From Octopus vulgaris (lineage: Eukaryota), in assembly GCA_951406725.2 (NCBI GenBank), contig OX597834.1, forward strand, positions 39,948,001 through 40,196,000: 248,000 nucleotides of DNA, in the 5' to 3' direction. The notes beneath the pieces were generated by a model. The model searched no databases. It saw nothing but the letters and a program-made list of their open reading frames with translations, and was not told the origin of the DNA. This document shows, in pieces, positions 107,048 through 121,479 of this stretch (positions are counted from its first letter, which is position 1; each line of letters begins with the position of its first letter). Both the position numbers and the translations under genes were made by a program.

Positions 107048-107623
107048 TATAGATATATACTATTTACATATATTTATATGTATGTGAGAGAGAGTGTGTG
107101 TGTGTGTCCCCTTGTCTGGACATCATGTGATTGTTGTAAATGATTGTCCCTGTCATACAAGCAGTGTCGGTCATTTCCAATCTTCCATTGAAACATGCTG
107201 ATGGTCAGCGAAAAAATAGTACCTCTGGCTGTAGAAAACCTGCCACAATTAAAACTCCATACAACCCAAACAAGCATAGAAAAGTGAACAGTAAAATGAT
107301 GATGATGATGATGATGCTCCTAGCAGGTGAAAGTTATAAAGAGTGAACTATTTCAAGGGAGATAACTGTGCTGACCCAAAAATTCATTCCAAATACAATT
107401 TCTCAAATAAACTTTGCTGAAAATATTTACATAATGTTCAATAAAAATCTAACCTGGACAAGTCACAGCTGTTATTAACGAGCTTTTATTATTTATTATA
107501 TTGAACAGCAAACAAAACATTTCAGGTATGTTTGTCTGAGTACATATCTATATACGTGTGTGTGTGTGTGTGTATTTATAAACACACACACCTTTATACA
107601 TATACAGGACAAACAGTCATTCA

Positions 107624-107693
<70 letters not shown>

Positions 107694-108269
107694 TATAGGT
107701 TTGGCAATAAACGGAGGGAAATGGAGTTTAAAATATTAATATATATGACTTTCGTGTTTTCTTACTTCAGTTATTATATTAGACTGTGGCCATGCTGGAG
107801 CACCGCTTTCAAAGATGTTCTAAGTCAAATGAATCAATCGAACCCTGTCTTTGTTGTTTTGAGGGTGTAAACAAACCAACACTGGTTGTTAGGGGGGGGG
107901 GACAGACACAAAGACACACACACATATAAATATATGACAGGCTTCTTTCAGTTTCTGTCCACCAAATCCTCTCACAAAGCTTTGGTCATTCCCAATGCTA
108001 CTGTAAAAGACACTTACCCAAGGTGCAACACAGCAGGATTGAACCCAGAACCATGTGGTTGGTAAGCAAGCTTCTTGATACACTGGCAGATGTTACAAAG
108101 TGATTCAAATGCTGTGAGCTTTGGTGCATTGGCACTTATCAAGCCTGATAAATAATTTCAGCAGAATAACTTACACCCACGCACCCACACACATTTATAA
108201 AGGTGTGTGTGTGTGTGTGCATGCATATGTGTATATAAATATGTGTGTGTGTGTATATATATATATGTG

Positions 108270-108640
108270 TGTGCAAGAGAGATAACTGCACTGGTATGGT
108301 CATGTGGTGAGAACGGATGAAGATAGCATTGTGCAAAAGTGCCACACCCTAGCAATTAAGGAAACCTGTAGAAGAGGTAGACCCAGGAAGACCTGGGATG
108401 AAGTGGTGAAGCATGGCCTTCGAACATTAGGCCTCACCGAGGCAATGACTAGTGACCGATGCCTTTGGAAATATGCTGTGCTTGAGAACACCCGGCAAGC
108501 CAAATGAGACCATAACCCGTGGCCTATGCCAGGGGTGTAACCAGCCCACTTATGCATACCTTTCCTTCCTTGGACACTAAACTCTGCTTGCGAAGACCTG
108601 TTGAGGCAAGTAAAATCAAAATCAAATTCGATGACTGGCA
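108270..108640 (+). mobile_element. RTE-clade LINE 3' end
   Basis: WYGHVVR...RRGRPRKTWDEVVKHGLRTLGLTEAMTSDRCLWKYAV, then a 3' UTR ending in aaatc repeats. Confidence 0.75.
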
Positions 108641-109587
108641 TCCGTGCTAGTGGAGCACTAAGAACACCATCTGAGCATAATCGTTGTCAGAGCAGCTAAC
108701 TGGCTTCCATGCCGATGGCACATAAAAAGCACCAGCGTTGCCTCACTGGCACGTGAACAAAACATTCAAGCAAGGTGGTTGCCAGTGCCGCTGGACTGGC
108801 TCCCGTGCAGGTGGCACATAAAAAACACCATTTCAGCGTGGCCGTTGCCAGTGCCGCTGGACTGGCTCCCGTGCAGGTGGCACATAAAAAACACCATTTC
108901 AGTGTGGCCGTTGCCAGTACCGCTTGACTGGCCCTCGTGCTGGTGGCATGTAAAAGCACCCACTACACTCTCGGAGTGGTTGGTGTTAGGAAAAGCATCA
109001 AGCTGTAGAAAATCTGCCAGATCAGACTGGAGCCTGGTGCAGCCATCTGGTTCACCAGTCCTCAGTCAAATCGTTCAACCGATGCTAGCATGGAAAGCAG
109101 AGGTTAAATGATGATGATGATGTATGTATATATATGTGTATGTATGCTCACATGGGTGCTTGTAAATGCATATATTACTACGTATATGCATCTACATGCA
109201 CAGGCATGTGTGTGTTCTATTATTTCTTCTCTAGTTCAAACCAATGGACCGCGACCATACTGAAGCACTACACAGCAGCACAAATAACTAACACATTTAC
109301 TATGACATATATGTACGTGTAGACACATGCGTGTGTGTGTGTGTGTGTGTGTGTACACACATGAGTATGTGTTTGTATATGCGTGAGTGTCGGTGTACTT
109401 TTATTGTTTCACTGGTTCCAATCACTGAACCACGGTCATGCTGGAGCAACCCTTTCAAAGATTTTTAGCCAATAAATTTGCTACTAGAATATATTGTAGT
109501 CTGATGCTTATTGTATTGATCTTCGCTTATTGAACTATGAAGTTGTGTGACATGAAGGAACAAAAGAGAAATAACGAAATAAATGTA

Positions 109588-109633
<46 letters not shown>

Positions 109634-110366
109634 AATAAAAGCACACATACATGTTTGTGTGTATGTGATTGTGTGTATATATATATATATATATATATTT
109701 CTACATACATGTAAGTATACATATGTGTGTGTTGTGTGTATATATGCAGGTGCAGGAGTGGCTGTGTGGTAAGTAGCTTGCTTACCAACCACATTGTTCC
109801 AGGTTCAGTCCCACTGTGTGGTACCTTGGGCAAGTGTCTTCTGCTATAGCCTTGGGCCGACCAAAGCCTTGTGAGTGGATTTGGTAGATGGAAACTGAAA
109901 GAAGGTCATCGTATGTATGTATATGTGTGTGTGTGTGTGTGTGTATGTTTGTCATTTGTCTGTGTTTATCTCCCCAACCTATGTTGGCGTGTTTATGTCC
110001 CCGTCACCTAGCAGTTCGGCAAAAAGAGACTGATAGAATAAGTACTAGGCACACAATGAATAAGTCCTGGGGTCAACTTATTCAACTAAAGGTGGTGCTC
110101 CAGCATAGCCACAGTCAAACGATTGAAACAAGCAAAAGAGTATATATATATATATATATATATATTTATTTCTGTTCCTTTTCTTGTTTTGACTGCGGCC
110201 ATGCTGGAGCACAGCTTTTAGTTGAGCAAATTGACCCCAGGACTTTGTAAGCCTAGTACTTATTCTATCGGTCTCTTTTCACCAAACTGCTAAGTGACAG
110301 GGACATAAACACACCAACATTGGTTGTGATACGATGGTGGGGAGACAAACACAGACACACAAATAT

Positions 110367-110401
<35 letters not shown>

Positions 110402-110919
110402 CGACGGGCTTCTTTCAGTTTCCATCTGCCAAATCCACTCACATGGCTTTGGTCAGCCCAAGGCTATAGTAGAAGACCCTTGCCCAACGTGCCACACAGT
110501 GACACTGAACCCAGTACCATGTGGTTAGTAAGCAAGCTACTAACCGCACAGCCACTCCTGCACCTATATATATATATATATCAAATGGAAATTGTAGTTG
110601 TGATACCTATGCTGGTGGCACGTAAAGAGCACCATCCAGATGTAGCCGATGCCAGTGCCGCCTTGACTGTCTTCTGTGCCAGTGGCACGTAAAAGGCACC
110701 AACCGATCATGGCCTCTGCCAGCCTCCCCTGGCATCTGTGCTGGTGGCACGCAAAAAGCACCCACTACACTCACGGAGTGGTTGGCGTTAGGAAGGGCAT
110801 CCAGCTGTAGAAACACTGCCAGATCAGACTGGAGCCTGGTGCAGCCTCCTGGCTTCCCAGACTCCAGTCAAACCGTCCAACCCATGCTAGCACGGAAAAC
110901 GGATGTTAAACGATGATGA

Positions 110920-111021
<102 letters not shown>

Positions 111022-111623
111022 GCTGTGTATGTGTATGAAAGTTAATGGCTGAGGAAAAAAGAGATAAGTGGAGTAAAAGTAACTATTATACTGAAGAGAA
111101 ACAGCTGTATTTTGATATAAACAGTAGGAGAGTGTGTGTACGTGTAATACATGTGTGTATGTGGGTGTGTGTGCATGTACACACACACGTGTGCGAGTGT
111201 TATTTAGTAGAAGAGTGAATTTCATTAACCAGACACTGTGATAGGAATGATACTCCATGCTTTGTATTGTATGTACACACACACACACACGTGTGTGTAT
111301 GTGTGCATATATATGTGTCTGTATGTATGTGCATATATACATACATACGTATGTATGCATCCATATATATGTATGTGCATATATGTATGAATTTATTATG
111401 TATGTATAGTTGGGTACCTGGGTGAGAGGGTGCATACGTGTATCAAATAGTATACATGTGTGGATGCGTGTGTGTATATATATATTCTTCTATTGGTTTC
111501 AGCTAGAGGTTGTGGTCATGCTGTGGCACAACACTTTAAAAAAATCCTGAAGGTTCCGCTTACAACATCTGGATATGTGAATGGACACCACGTGTATAGA
111601 AATATAAATACATACATACATAC

Positions 111624-111669
<46 letters not shown>

Positions 111670-112158
111670 TTATATATATATACTGTGAAAATTACAAGGG
111701 TTGAAAATTTGAAAGAATTTCATACCAGTGGTTAGCATGTGGCTTGGGTTTGGCTGCCCTCTCTAGTATGTAAGGCATCCTGTCAAGGGTCTTTTCTTTT
111801 GTGTATAAATAATATACACATTATATGGAAGTGTGTGTGTGTGTATGTGTGTATATATATATACATGAAAATATGATACTAAAACCAATAAATTTTCTAA
111901 AAAATACAGCTCTAGACAAATACGAAAGTTCAGACAGCAACACTGCTGTAACAACCCCAATCCTTTCTAATTCAGGCAGAGGAAAGGGGCCAGCTGATTA
112001 CATTCACCCCACTAGTTAACTGGTACTTCATCTTATCAACCCAAAAGGATGAAATGCATGACTGACTTGAACTGAATTTGAACACAAAACATTAAAACAG
112101 ACGAAATACTGCTAAACCATTTTGTCCGATATGCTAACAATTCTGCCAGCTCACCGCC

Positions 112159-112198
<40 letters not shown>

Positions 112199-112426
112199 TA
112201 ATAATAATAATGATAATCCTTTCTACTCTAGGCACAAAGCCTGAAATATTGGGGGAGGGTTGAGTTGATTGCATTGACTCCAGTACAGAACTTGTACATA
112301 ATTTATCGACCCCGAAAGGATGAAAGGTAAAGTTGACTCCGGCACAGTTTGAACTCAGAACATAAAACAGATGAAATACCGCTAAGCATTTTGTCCAGCG
112401 TGCTAATGATTCTGCCAGCTCAACAC

Positions 112427-112464
<38 letters not shown>

Positions 112465-112570
112465 GCCTTTCTACTAAAGGCACAAGACCTGAAACTGATG
112501 GGGGTTGGGGACTAGTCAATTACATTGACCCCAGTGCATAACTGGTACTCATTTCATTGACCCTGAAAGG

Positions 112571-112601
<31 letters not shown>

Positions 112602-113624
112602 TAAAACCTGAAATTGGGAGGGGTGAGGGACAAGTCAATTACATCAACCCCAGTGTTTCACTGGTACTTAATTTATCAACCCCGAAAGGATGAAAGGAAA
112701 AGTCGACCTTGGTGGAATTTGAACTCGGAACGTAAAGACGGATGAAAAACAGCCAAGGATTTTGCCTGGCATGCTAACTATTCTGTTAGCTCACCACCCT
112801 AATAATAATAATCCTTTCTACTAAAGGCACAAGGCCTGAAATTTATTGGGTGGGGACTATTCGGTTATATCGACCCCAGTGTTTCACTCATACTCAATTT
112901 AGCGACCCCAAGAGGAAAAAAGGTGCAGTTGATCTTGATAGTATTTGAACTCAGGACGTAAGGACAGGTAAAATGTTGCTATGCATTTTTGTCTGGTGTG
113001 TTACTGATTCCGCCAGCTCGCTTCCTGGCTATAGCAACAGGAATAGCAACAACAACAACAACAACGATGCTAAACAGGGTGCTGCTAATACCAACGAGAC
113101 CTTTATCATGGACCACACTTCAATTCTACCCAGAATAATGAATAACAATATCGTAACAATAAAAACAAACATAACATAATCCCAGTAACACCTTTATAAC
113201 AACAACAGTATCGTAACAATAACAACATCTTAACAACAGTATAACTCCACCTTCCTCGACAACAACAACAACAACAACACCATGATCGCAATAACATCAG
113301 TCATACAACAATAACAACAACAGCAACAACAATCTCTAGCAATAATGAGACTTACCGAAAATTCCTTTTAGTAACTTTTGTATAATGAACATTTTGGTGG
113401 TGGTGGTCGTGGCTGCCACCATATCTTAAGGATCCAAGATGTACTGGATGTCAGACACATTTCACAGAGAACTGGGGTGGATGAGGAGCGAGGGAGGGGT
113501 AGACGGGGGGGGGGGAGAAGGTAGACGGGGTAGATGTAGTGGTGGTGGTGGTGGTAGTGCGTCAGCTGAATGGAACAGACTGTGTGGCAGGCAGATACGG
113601 TAGAACAATGATTAAATATGTGTG

Positions 113625-113665
<41 letters not shown>

Positions 113666-114206
113666 ATATATATATGTATATGGGAGTGTATATGTATATA
113701 TATATGTGTGTGTGTGTGTATGGATAAATGGATGTATTTACGTGCGTGTAGATATGTGTATATGCATATGTGTGTGTGTGTATGGATGTATGTATATGTA
113801 TATATGTGTATATGTGGGTGTGTGTATGAATGTATGTATGCACGTGTGTGTGTAGAGAGAGAGAGAGGGAGAGAGAGACAGACAGACAGAGAGAGTAAGA
113901 AGGGAGTAGTAGAGGTGCAGAAACAAAAATAGGGAGAAGTTTAATGAGAAAGAAAAGAGAAAGAAAGGAAGGGATAAAAAGAAAGAAAGAAAGAAAGGGG
114001 TAGAAAGAATGAGAGAAAGTGAAAGTATGATAGATATAGGAAGGTGTAAAAGAATCAGAAGAGAATGCAGAGGAGAGGGTGGAGGAGAAAGTTGCATTGA
114101 TATGAGAGAGAGTGAGAGAGATAGAGAGAGAGAAAGAGGGAGAGCGAGAAAGAAAGAGAGACAGACAGACAGACTGGCAGATAGACAGACAGACAGACAG
114201 AGAGAC

Positions 114207-114237
<31 letters not shown>

Positions 114238-114601
114238 AGCAGTAGTGAAGATTAGTAGAGAAGGAGAAGTGATGTGTTTAGTAGTGTGTGTATAATAAGT
114301 AGTCAGTTTGTATGTAGTAGTTGAATGGTTAGCTGATGGTATCCAGAAATGACTAATAGATACTGATGTGGTGGTGGTGGTTGTGGTGGTGGTGGCGGTG
114401 GTGGTGCTTGTGGAGGTGGTTCAACTGAATGAGCAGACTACAGAAGACAAAGAGAAATAGCTCATACGCATTCACTCAACACATGTGTGTTTGTATACAC
114501 ACACACACACACATATATATATACATACATACAACATACATACAAGTACACAAATAAATGCACATTATATATATATATATATATACATACACATATATAT
114601 A

Positions 114602-114632
<31 letters not shown>

Positions 114633-114737
114633 AACATACACATACATACATATATAAAATGCAAGGTGCAAGCAGAGTTGTGTGGTTAAGAATTTAGCAT
114701 AGCAGCCCTGTGTTCTTAGGTTCCGTCCCTCTGCACA

Positions 114738-114798
<61 letters not shown>

Positions 114799-115039
114799 CA
114801 ATTAAAGCTTTGGGCCACCCAAAGCCATCTCAGCGGATTTAGTAGACAGAAACCAAAAGACCCCAATTGCACATGTGTGTCTGGGAGTGTATGTGTGTGT
114901 GTGTGTATGTGTATGTGTGTGTGTATACGTATGAGTGTGTGTGTGTGTGTGTATGTATACGTATGTGTGTGTGTATGTCAGGTCACATATGACATCTCTC
115001 ATGGATGTTACTGGTAACATGGAATCTAGTACAACCTGT

Positions 115040-115790
115040 TGCATGGTCGGGTCATCAGTGACTAAACCAGCAACTCCACCATGCTTGCCTGGTTTGCAGG
115101 TTTGCTAGAAAGCCAGCGAGACTAACAGCAAGATCTGTCAAAAGGACATGATCCAGAGACAAGCCAGAAACAAAATATCTAGTGCCAATATGGGTCACAA
115201 GCTCAAGAATGCTTAAGATCCTCCGAGCGCTATAAATACGAAGGGCTTTGAGCCCTCTCCAAACATCCCGAGTGTTTGCTTTCCTTTTAGTTACACTCAA
115301 GCTGATTCTCATCACTAGCATGTCATCCCCGAATGCATGGGGTCACATCTTCCTTGCTCTTCCCCCTTGGTCCTTTTCCTCCTTTTTGTGTCCATCACAA
115401 TGGCAGTATGTCTCTCCTGTGATAATCGAAGCACATGGCCAGTAAACCAAGTCCTGCAAATTTCCTATGCCAGCTCTTCTAATGACCTCTTCATTTCTCA
115501 CTCTGTCCTGGAAAGAAATGTCCAGTATTAAACAAAACAGTGTCACTGGAACATGTCCAGCAACTGAGAGATCTCCACCATCATCTTCCACATTTCAATT
115601 CTATGGATGGCTGTTGGTACAACAATGAGGTACAGCTATAGTTTTATCTTCTTACGGATGGTCTTTGATCTCCATATTCGACAAAGGCATTAGAATTCTG
115701 GTGTTGCTTTACCTATCCTGGTCCTGATGTCAACTTCTGTATTACCTTCATAGGAAACCCAGCTTCCAAAGATGTGTAAAGTGTATCTAG
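115040..115790 (-). mobile_element. Decayed RTE-type LINE 3' region
   Basis: Frameshifted segments DIRTRIGKA and ILDISFQDRVRNEEVIRRAG. Confidence 0.6.
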
Positions 115791-116095
115791 GACTACATAA
115801 GTTTTGGGGGACATAATGTTCTTTGATACAAGATCAGTTCTGATATAATAGACCTGGAATCAAAGATGTTCCAGCCATGACCTTCCCCTCTTATATATAG
115901 ACAAAGTGTGGTTAGAATGTCGGGGTCAGAATCATGAGATAGTGAGTTCAATTCTGGGACTGGACTGTGTGTTGTGTTCTTGAGCAAGACAAGTACTAGG
116001 CTTACAAAGTATAAGTCCTGGGGTTGATTTGCTCGACTAAAGGCGGTGCTCCAGCATGGCCACAGTCAAATGACTGAAACAAGTAAGCGAGTAAA

Positions 116096-116126
<31 letters not shown>

Positions 116127-117049
116127 AAGAGTGCGAGCAAGAGAAAGATAGATATTGATGGACTATCTCCATCAAGAGAGATGGATGGATGGATAGATAC
116201 ATAGATAGATAGACAAACAGACAGACAGACAGATAGATAGATAGATAGATAGACAGATAGATAGACAGATAGATAGACAGATAGATAGACAGATAGAGAC
116301 AGATGGGTGGGAGGAAGGGATGGAAAGATAATTGAATGAAATTATGAGTTGTGAAAAAGAGAGGGCCAAGGAGAGAGAGATGAGGGGGGAAAAGGAGAGA
116401 GAGAAGAGAGGGAGAGAGAGAAAAGAGGGAGAGAAAGATGGGAAATGAATGAAACTGAGTGAATGGAAGATGAGAGATGTTGTAGAGCAGTTGTTATGAA
116501 TGGGATGTAGCGGGGAGGAGAGAATTGTGAATGGGGGTGGTGCAGTGGGAGGAGATAATTGTGAATGGGGGTGTGGTGGGAGGCGGGAATTGTGAATGGG
116601 GGTGTAGGGGGGAGGAGATAATTGTGAATGGGGGTGTAGGGGGAGGTGGGAATTGTGAATGGCAACACAATAATGTGATGCAAGCCCAATGGCAGGGGCA
116701 TGTTAGCAACAGCAACAACAAGAACAACAACATCACATCCACCACCACCACCACCAACAAGAACAACAACATTTGATTATATAAAATATTTATTAACAGA
116801 TATTATAGCAATCTTTATTCCATTCTCTTTATTGAATAAAAACACACAAGCACACATACACATACATACATACATACATACATACATACATACATACAGA
116901 CAGACATACATACATATATACACATATATACACACGCGTATCAGCCAACAAGTCTTCATAAATAACTGATCTCTTCACACAAATTGACTTTGCAATCAAA
117001 CAGCCAGCAGTGTAATGTTTGAATGTCTGTGCATGTGCGTACATGTGTT

Positions 117050-117330
117050 AATGCATGTGTGTGTGTGTGTGTGTGTGTGCATTAATGAGCATGTATGAAT
117101 GTGTGTATGTATAAATGTGTGTGTGTGTGTGTGTGTGCATTAATGAGAGTGTATGAATGTGTGTATGTATAAATGTGTGTGTGTGTGTGTGTGTGCATTA
117201 ATGAGAGTGTATGAATGTGTGTATGTATAAATGTGTGTGTGTGTGCATTAATGAGAGTGTATGAATGTGTGTATGTATAAATGTGTGTGTGTGTGTGCAT
117301 TAATGAGAGTGTGTGAATGTGTATGTTTAA

Positions 117331-117366
<36 letters not shown>

Positions 117367-118240
117367 ATTAATGAGCATGTATGAATGTGTGCATGTATAA
117401 TGTGTGTGTGTGTGTGTGCATTAATGAGCATGTGTGAACGTGTGTATGTATAAATGTGTGTGTATGTGTGTGCATTAATGAGCATGTGTGAATGTGTGTA
117501 TGTATAAATGTGTGTGTGTGTGTGTGTGTGTGTGCATTAATGAGCATGTGTGAACGTGTGTATGTATAAATGTGTGTGTATGTGTGTGCATTAATGAGCA
117601 TGTGTGAACGTGTGTATGTATAAATGTGTGTGTATGTGTGTGCATTAATGAGCATGTGTGAATGTGTGTATGTATAAATGTGTGTGTGTGTGTGTGTGTG
117701 TGCATTAATGAGCATGTATGAATGTGTGTATGTATAAATGTGTGTGTGTGTGTGTGCATTAATGAGCATGTGTGAATGTGTGTATGTATAAATGTGTGTG
117801 TGTGTGTGTGCATTAATGAGTTTGTATGAATGTGTGTATGTATAAATGTGTGTGTGTGTGTGCATTAATGAGTTTGTATGAATGTGTGTATGTATAAATG
117901 TGTGTGTGTGTGTGCATTAATGAGCATGTGTGAATGTGTGTATGTATAATGTGTGTGTGTGTGCATTAATGAGCATGTATGAATGTGTGTATGTATAAAT
118001 GTGTGTGTGTGTGTGTGCATTAATGAGCATGTGTGAATGTGTGTATGTATAAATGTGTGTGTGTGTGTGTGCATTAATGAGTTTGTATGAATGTGTGTAT
118101 GTATAAATGTGTGTGTGTGTGTGCATTAATGAGCATGTATGAATGTGTGCATGTATAATGTGTGTGTGTGTGTGTGCATTAATGAGCATGTGTGAATGTG
118201 TGTATGTATAAATGTGTGTGTGTGTGTGTATGTGTATGAA
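117050..118240. repeat. TG-containing minisatellite
   Basis: Repeated gcattaatgagcatgtgtgaatgtgtgtatgtataaat(gt)n. Confidence 0.9.
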
Positions 118241-118568
118241 CATCTAAAGCAGTGAAGAAGAAAAAAATGCTACATGATCAGTCCTACATTTGGGTAAAGT
118301 GATGATGATGGTGATGACAATGATGATGACGACAGCTGTGATGATAATAAAGATGATGATGGTGATGGTGATGATGACAATGATAGTGATGACGATGATC
118401 ACAATAACAATGAAGAGCAAGAGGAGGAGGAGGATCATGATGACAATGACAGCGATGATGGTGATGATGAAGCGAAGGATGAAGAACATAATGATGGTGA
118501 TGACACTGTTGATGGCAACAACAATGATGATGATGATGACGATGATGATAGTGATGACGATGATGACG

Positions 118569-118600
<32 letters not shown>

Positions 118601-118956
118601 AATGGGAGGTAAAACATGTTGAGCATGCAAAGGCAGTATATATAAATGGAATTGCTAACCCACCCCCAGTATGTCACGGGTACTTCACACTGGCACAAAG
118701 CCATATATACCTTACAGATGATTGGAACAACACTAGCACGTTACTGGTGCCGTCCTCTGGGGTGCCAGCTCCTGTCAAACCACCCAACCCATACCAGCAT
118801 GGACAAAGGACGTTAAATGATGATAATACACATGTGTGTGTGTGTATATATATATACACACACACACATATATAGATGTCTATACATATATATTATATAT
118901 ATACATACATATACATATATATATACATTATATAAATATATATATATACATGCATG

Positions 118957-118988
<32 letters not shown>

Positions 118989-120950
118989 TACATGCATGTA
119001 CATACATACATACATACATATATATATATACATGCATGTACAACATACATTACATACATATATATATATATATACATGCATGTACATACATATATATATA
119101 TATATATACATATACTGCATGTACATACATATATATACATGCATATACATATATACACATACATATATATAGATCCATATACATACATACACATACATAC
119201 ACTTATATATATATATACACAAACATACATACATACATATTTATATATATATATATACATATATACACAGAGAGAGAGAGAGAGTGGTTGTAGAGTAACA
119301 TGTCTGCTGCAATGGTTTCAATGGTTTAAAGGATCAGCAAGCAACATGCTCTCCGTTCTTTGCGAGATTAATTCACTGCAATCTGCGATATTGGTCAGTG
119401 GCTACAACTGGCAATGTATGGAACCAATTCTGTAAAAACAGCAGCCGACTAACTACTAGTCTTTTAGTCTTCTATTAGAATGCAAAAAACTACAATACAG
119501 AGCATCATGTGGGGTGGGGTGGGGTGGGGTGGGGCAGAGGGAGTATATTTTTCCAAGTTGATTATATCTATATAAGAGTGCAAGTGTTGCATATATATAT
119601 ATATTATATATACACACTCATGTATGCATATAGACACACACACAAACATTTTCATTCATAAATAATCGCCATACTCATTATCCAAAACGAATAAAGAAGC
119701 ATCCCCATGTGTACCATATATATATATATATATATACATACACACACATGCACACACACACATATATATACACACACACACATATATATATATATTTCTT
119801 TATTGCCCACAAGGGGCTAAACATTGAGGGGACAAACAAGGACAGACAAATGGATTAAGTCGATTACATCGACCCCAGTGCACAACTGGTACTTAATTTA
119901 TCGACCCCGAAAGGATGAAAGGCAAAGTCGACCTTGGAGGAATTTGAACTCAGAACGTAGCGGCAGACGAAATACTGCTAAGCATTTTGCCCGGCGTTCT
120001 AACGATTCTGCCAGCTCGCCTATCCTTCCTTAATCTTGGTTCCCATATGTGGTGGTGCAATGGCCCTGTGGTTAGGGCAGCGGACTCGCGGTCATAGGAT
120101 CGTGGTTTCGATTCCCAGACCGGGCGTTGTGAGTGTTTATTGAGCGAAAACACCTAAAGCTCCACGAGGCTCTGGCAGGGGATGGTGGTGATCCCTGCTG
120201 TACTCTTTCACCACAACTTACTCTCACTCTTACTTCCTGTTTCTGTTGTACCTGTATTTCAAAGGGCCGGACTTGTCACTCTCTGTGTCACGCTGAATAT
120301 CCCCGAGAACTACGTTAAGGGTACATGTGTCTGTGGAGTGCTCAGCCACTTACACATTAATTTCACGAGCAGGCTGTTCCGTTGATTTGGATCAACCGGA
120401 ACCCTCGTTGTCATAACCAACGGAGTGCTTCCTTAGTTAGGTTCCCATATGCTGTTCATATTTACACTTGGTCTGCTTAGGAGGTTAAATATAGAGCTGT
120501 ATGATCTGTTTATCCTGTCGTCTGATTGCCCAACAAGGAAGAAAATGACAGAAGCAACATACACAAGGTTTGAAGGTTCAGTCCCACTGCGTGGCACCTT
120601 AGATAAGTGTCTTCAACTATAGCCTTAGGCCGACCAAAGCCTTGTGAGTAGATTTGGTCGACGGAAACTGAAAGCAGCCCATCTTGTGTGTGTGTGTGTG
120701 TGTTTCTCCTCTGCCCTACCACCGCTTGACAATCGGCATTGGTATGATTAAGTTCCGTAACTAGACAGTTCAGCAAAAAGAGACTGATAGAATAAATACC
120801 AGATATTAACAAAAAAAAAAACCAGTAGTCATGTCAATTTATTCAACTAAAATTCTTCCAGGCAGTACCCCAGCATGGCCACAGCCTAAAGGCCAAAACA
120901 ACTGAAAGATAAAAAAAAATAAGAATACGCACACACTAACACACATACAG

Positions 120951-120993
<43 letters not shown>

Positions 120994-121045
120994 GTATATA
121001 TATATATGTGCATATATATATATATAATATATATATATGTATATA

Positions 121046-121177
<132 letters not shown>

Positions 121178-121305
121178 GTATACATATGTATATATATATA
121201 TATGTATACATATATATATATGTATACATATGTATATATATATATATGTATACATATATATATATATATGTATACATATATATATATATACACATATATA
121301 TATGT

Positions 121306-121479
<174 letters not shown>
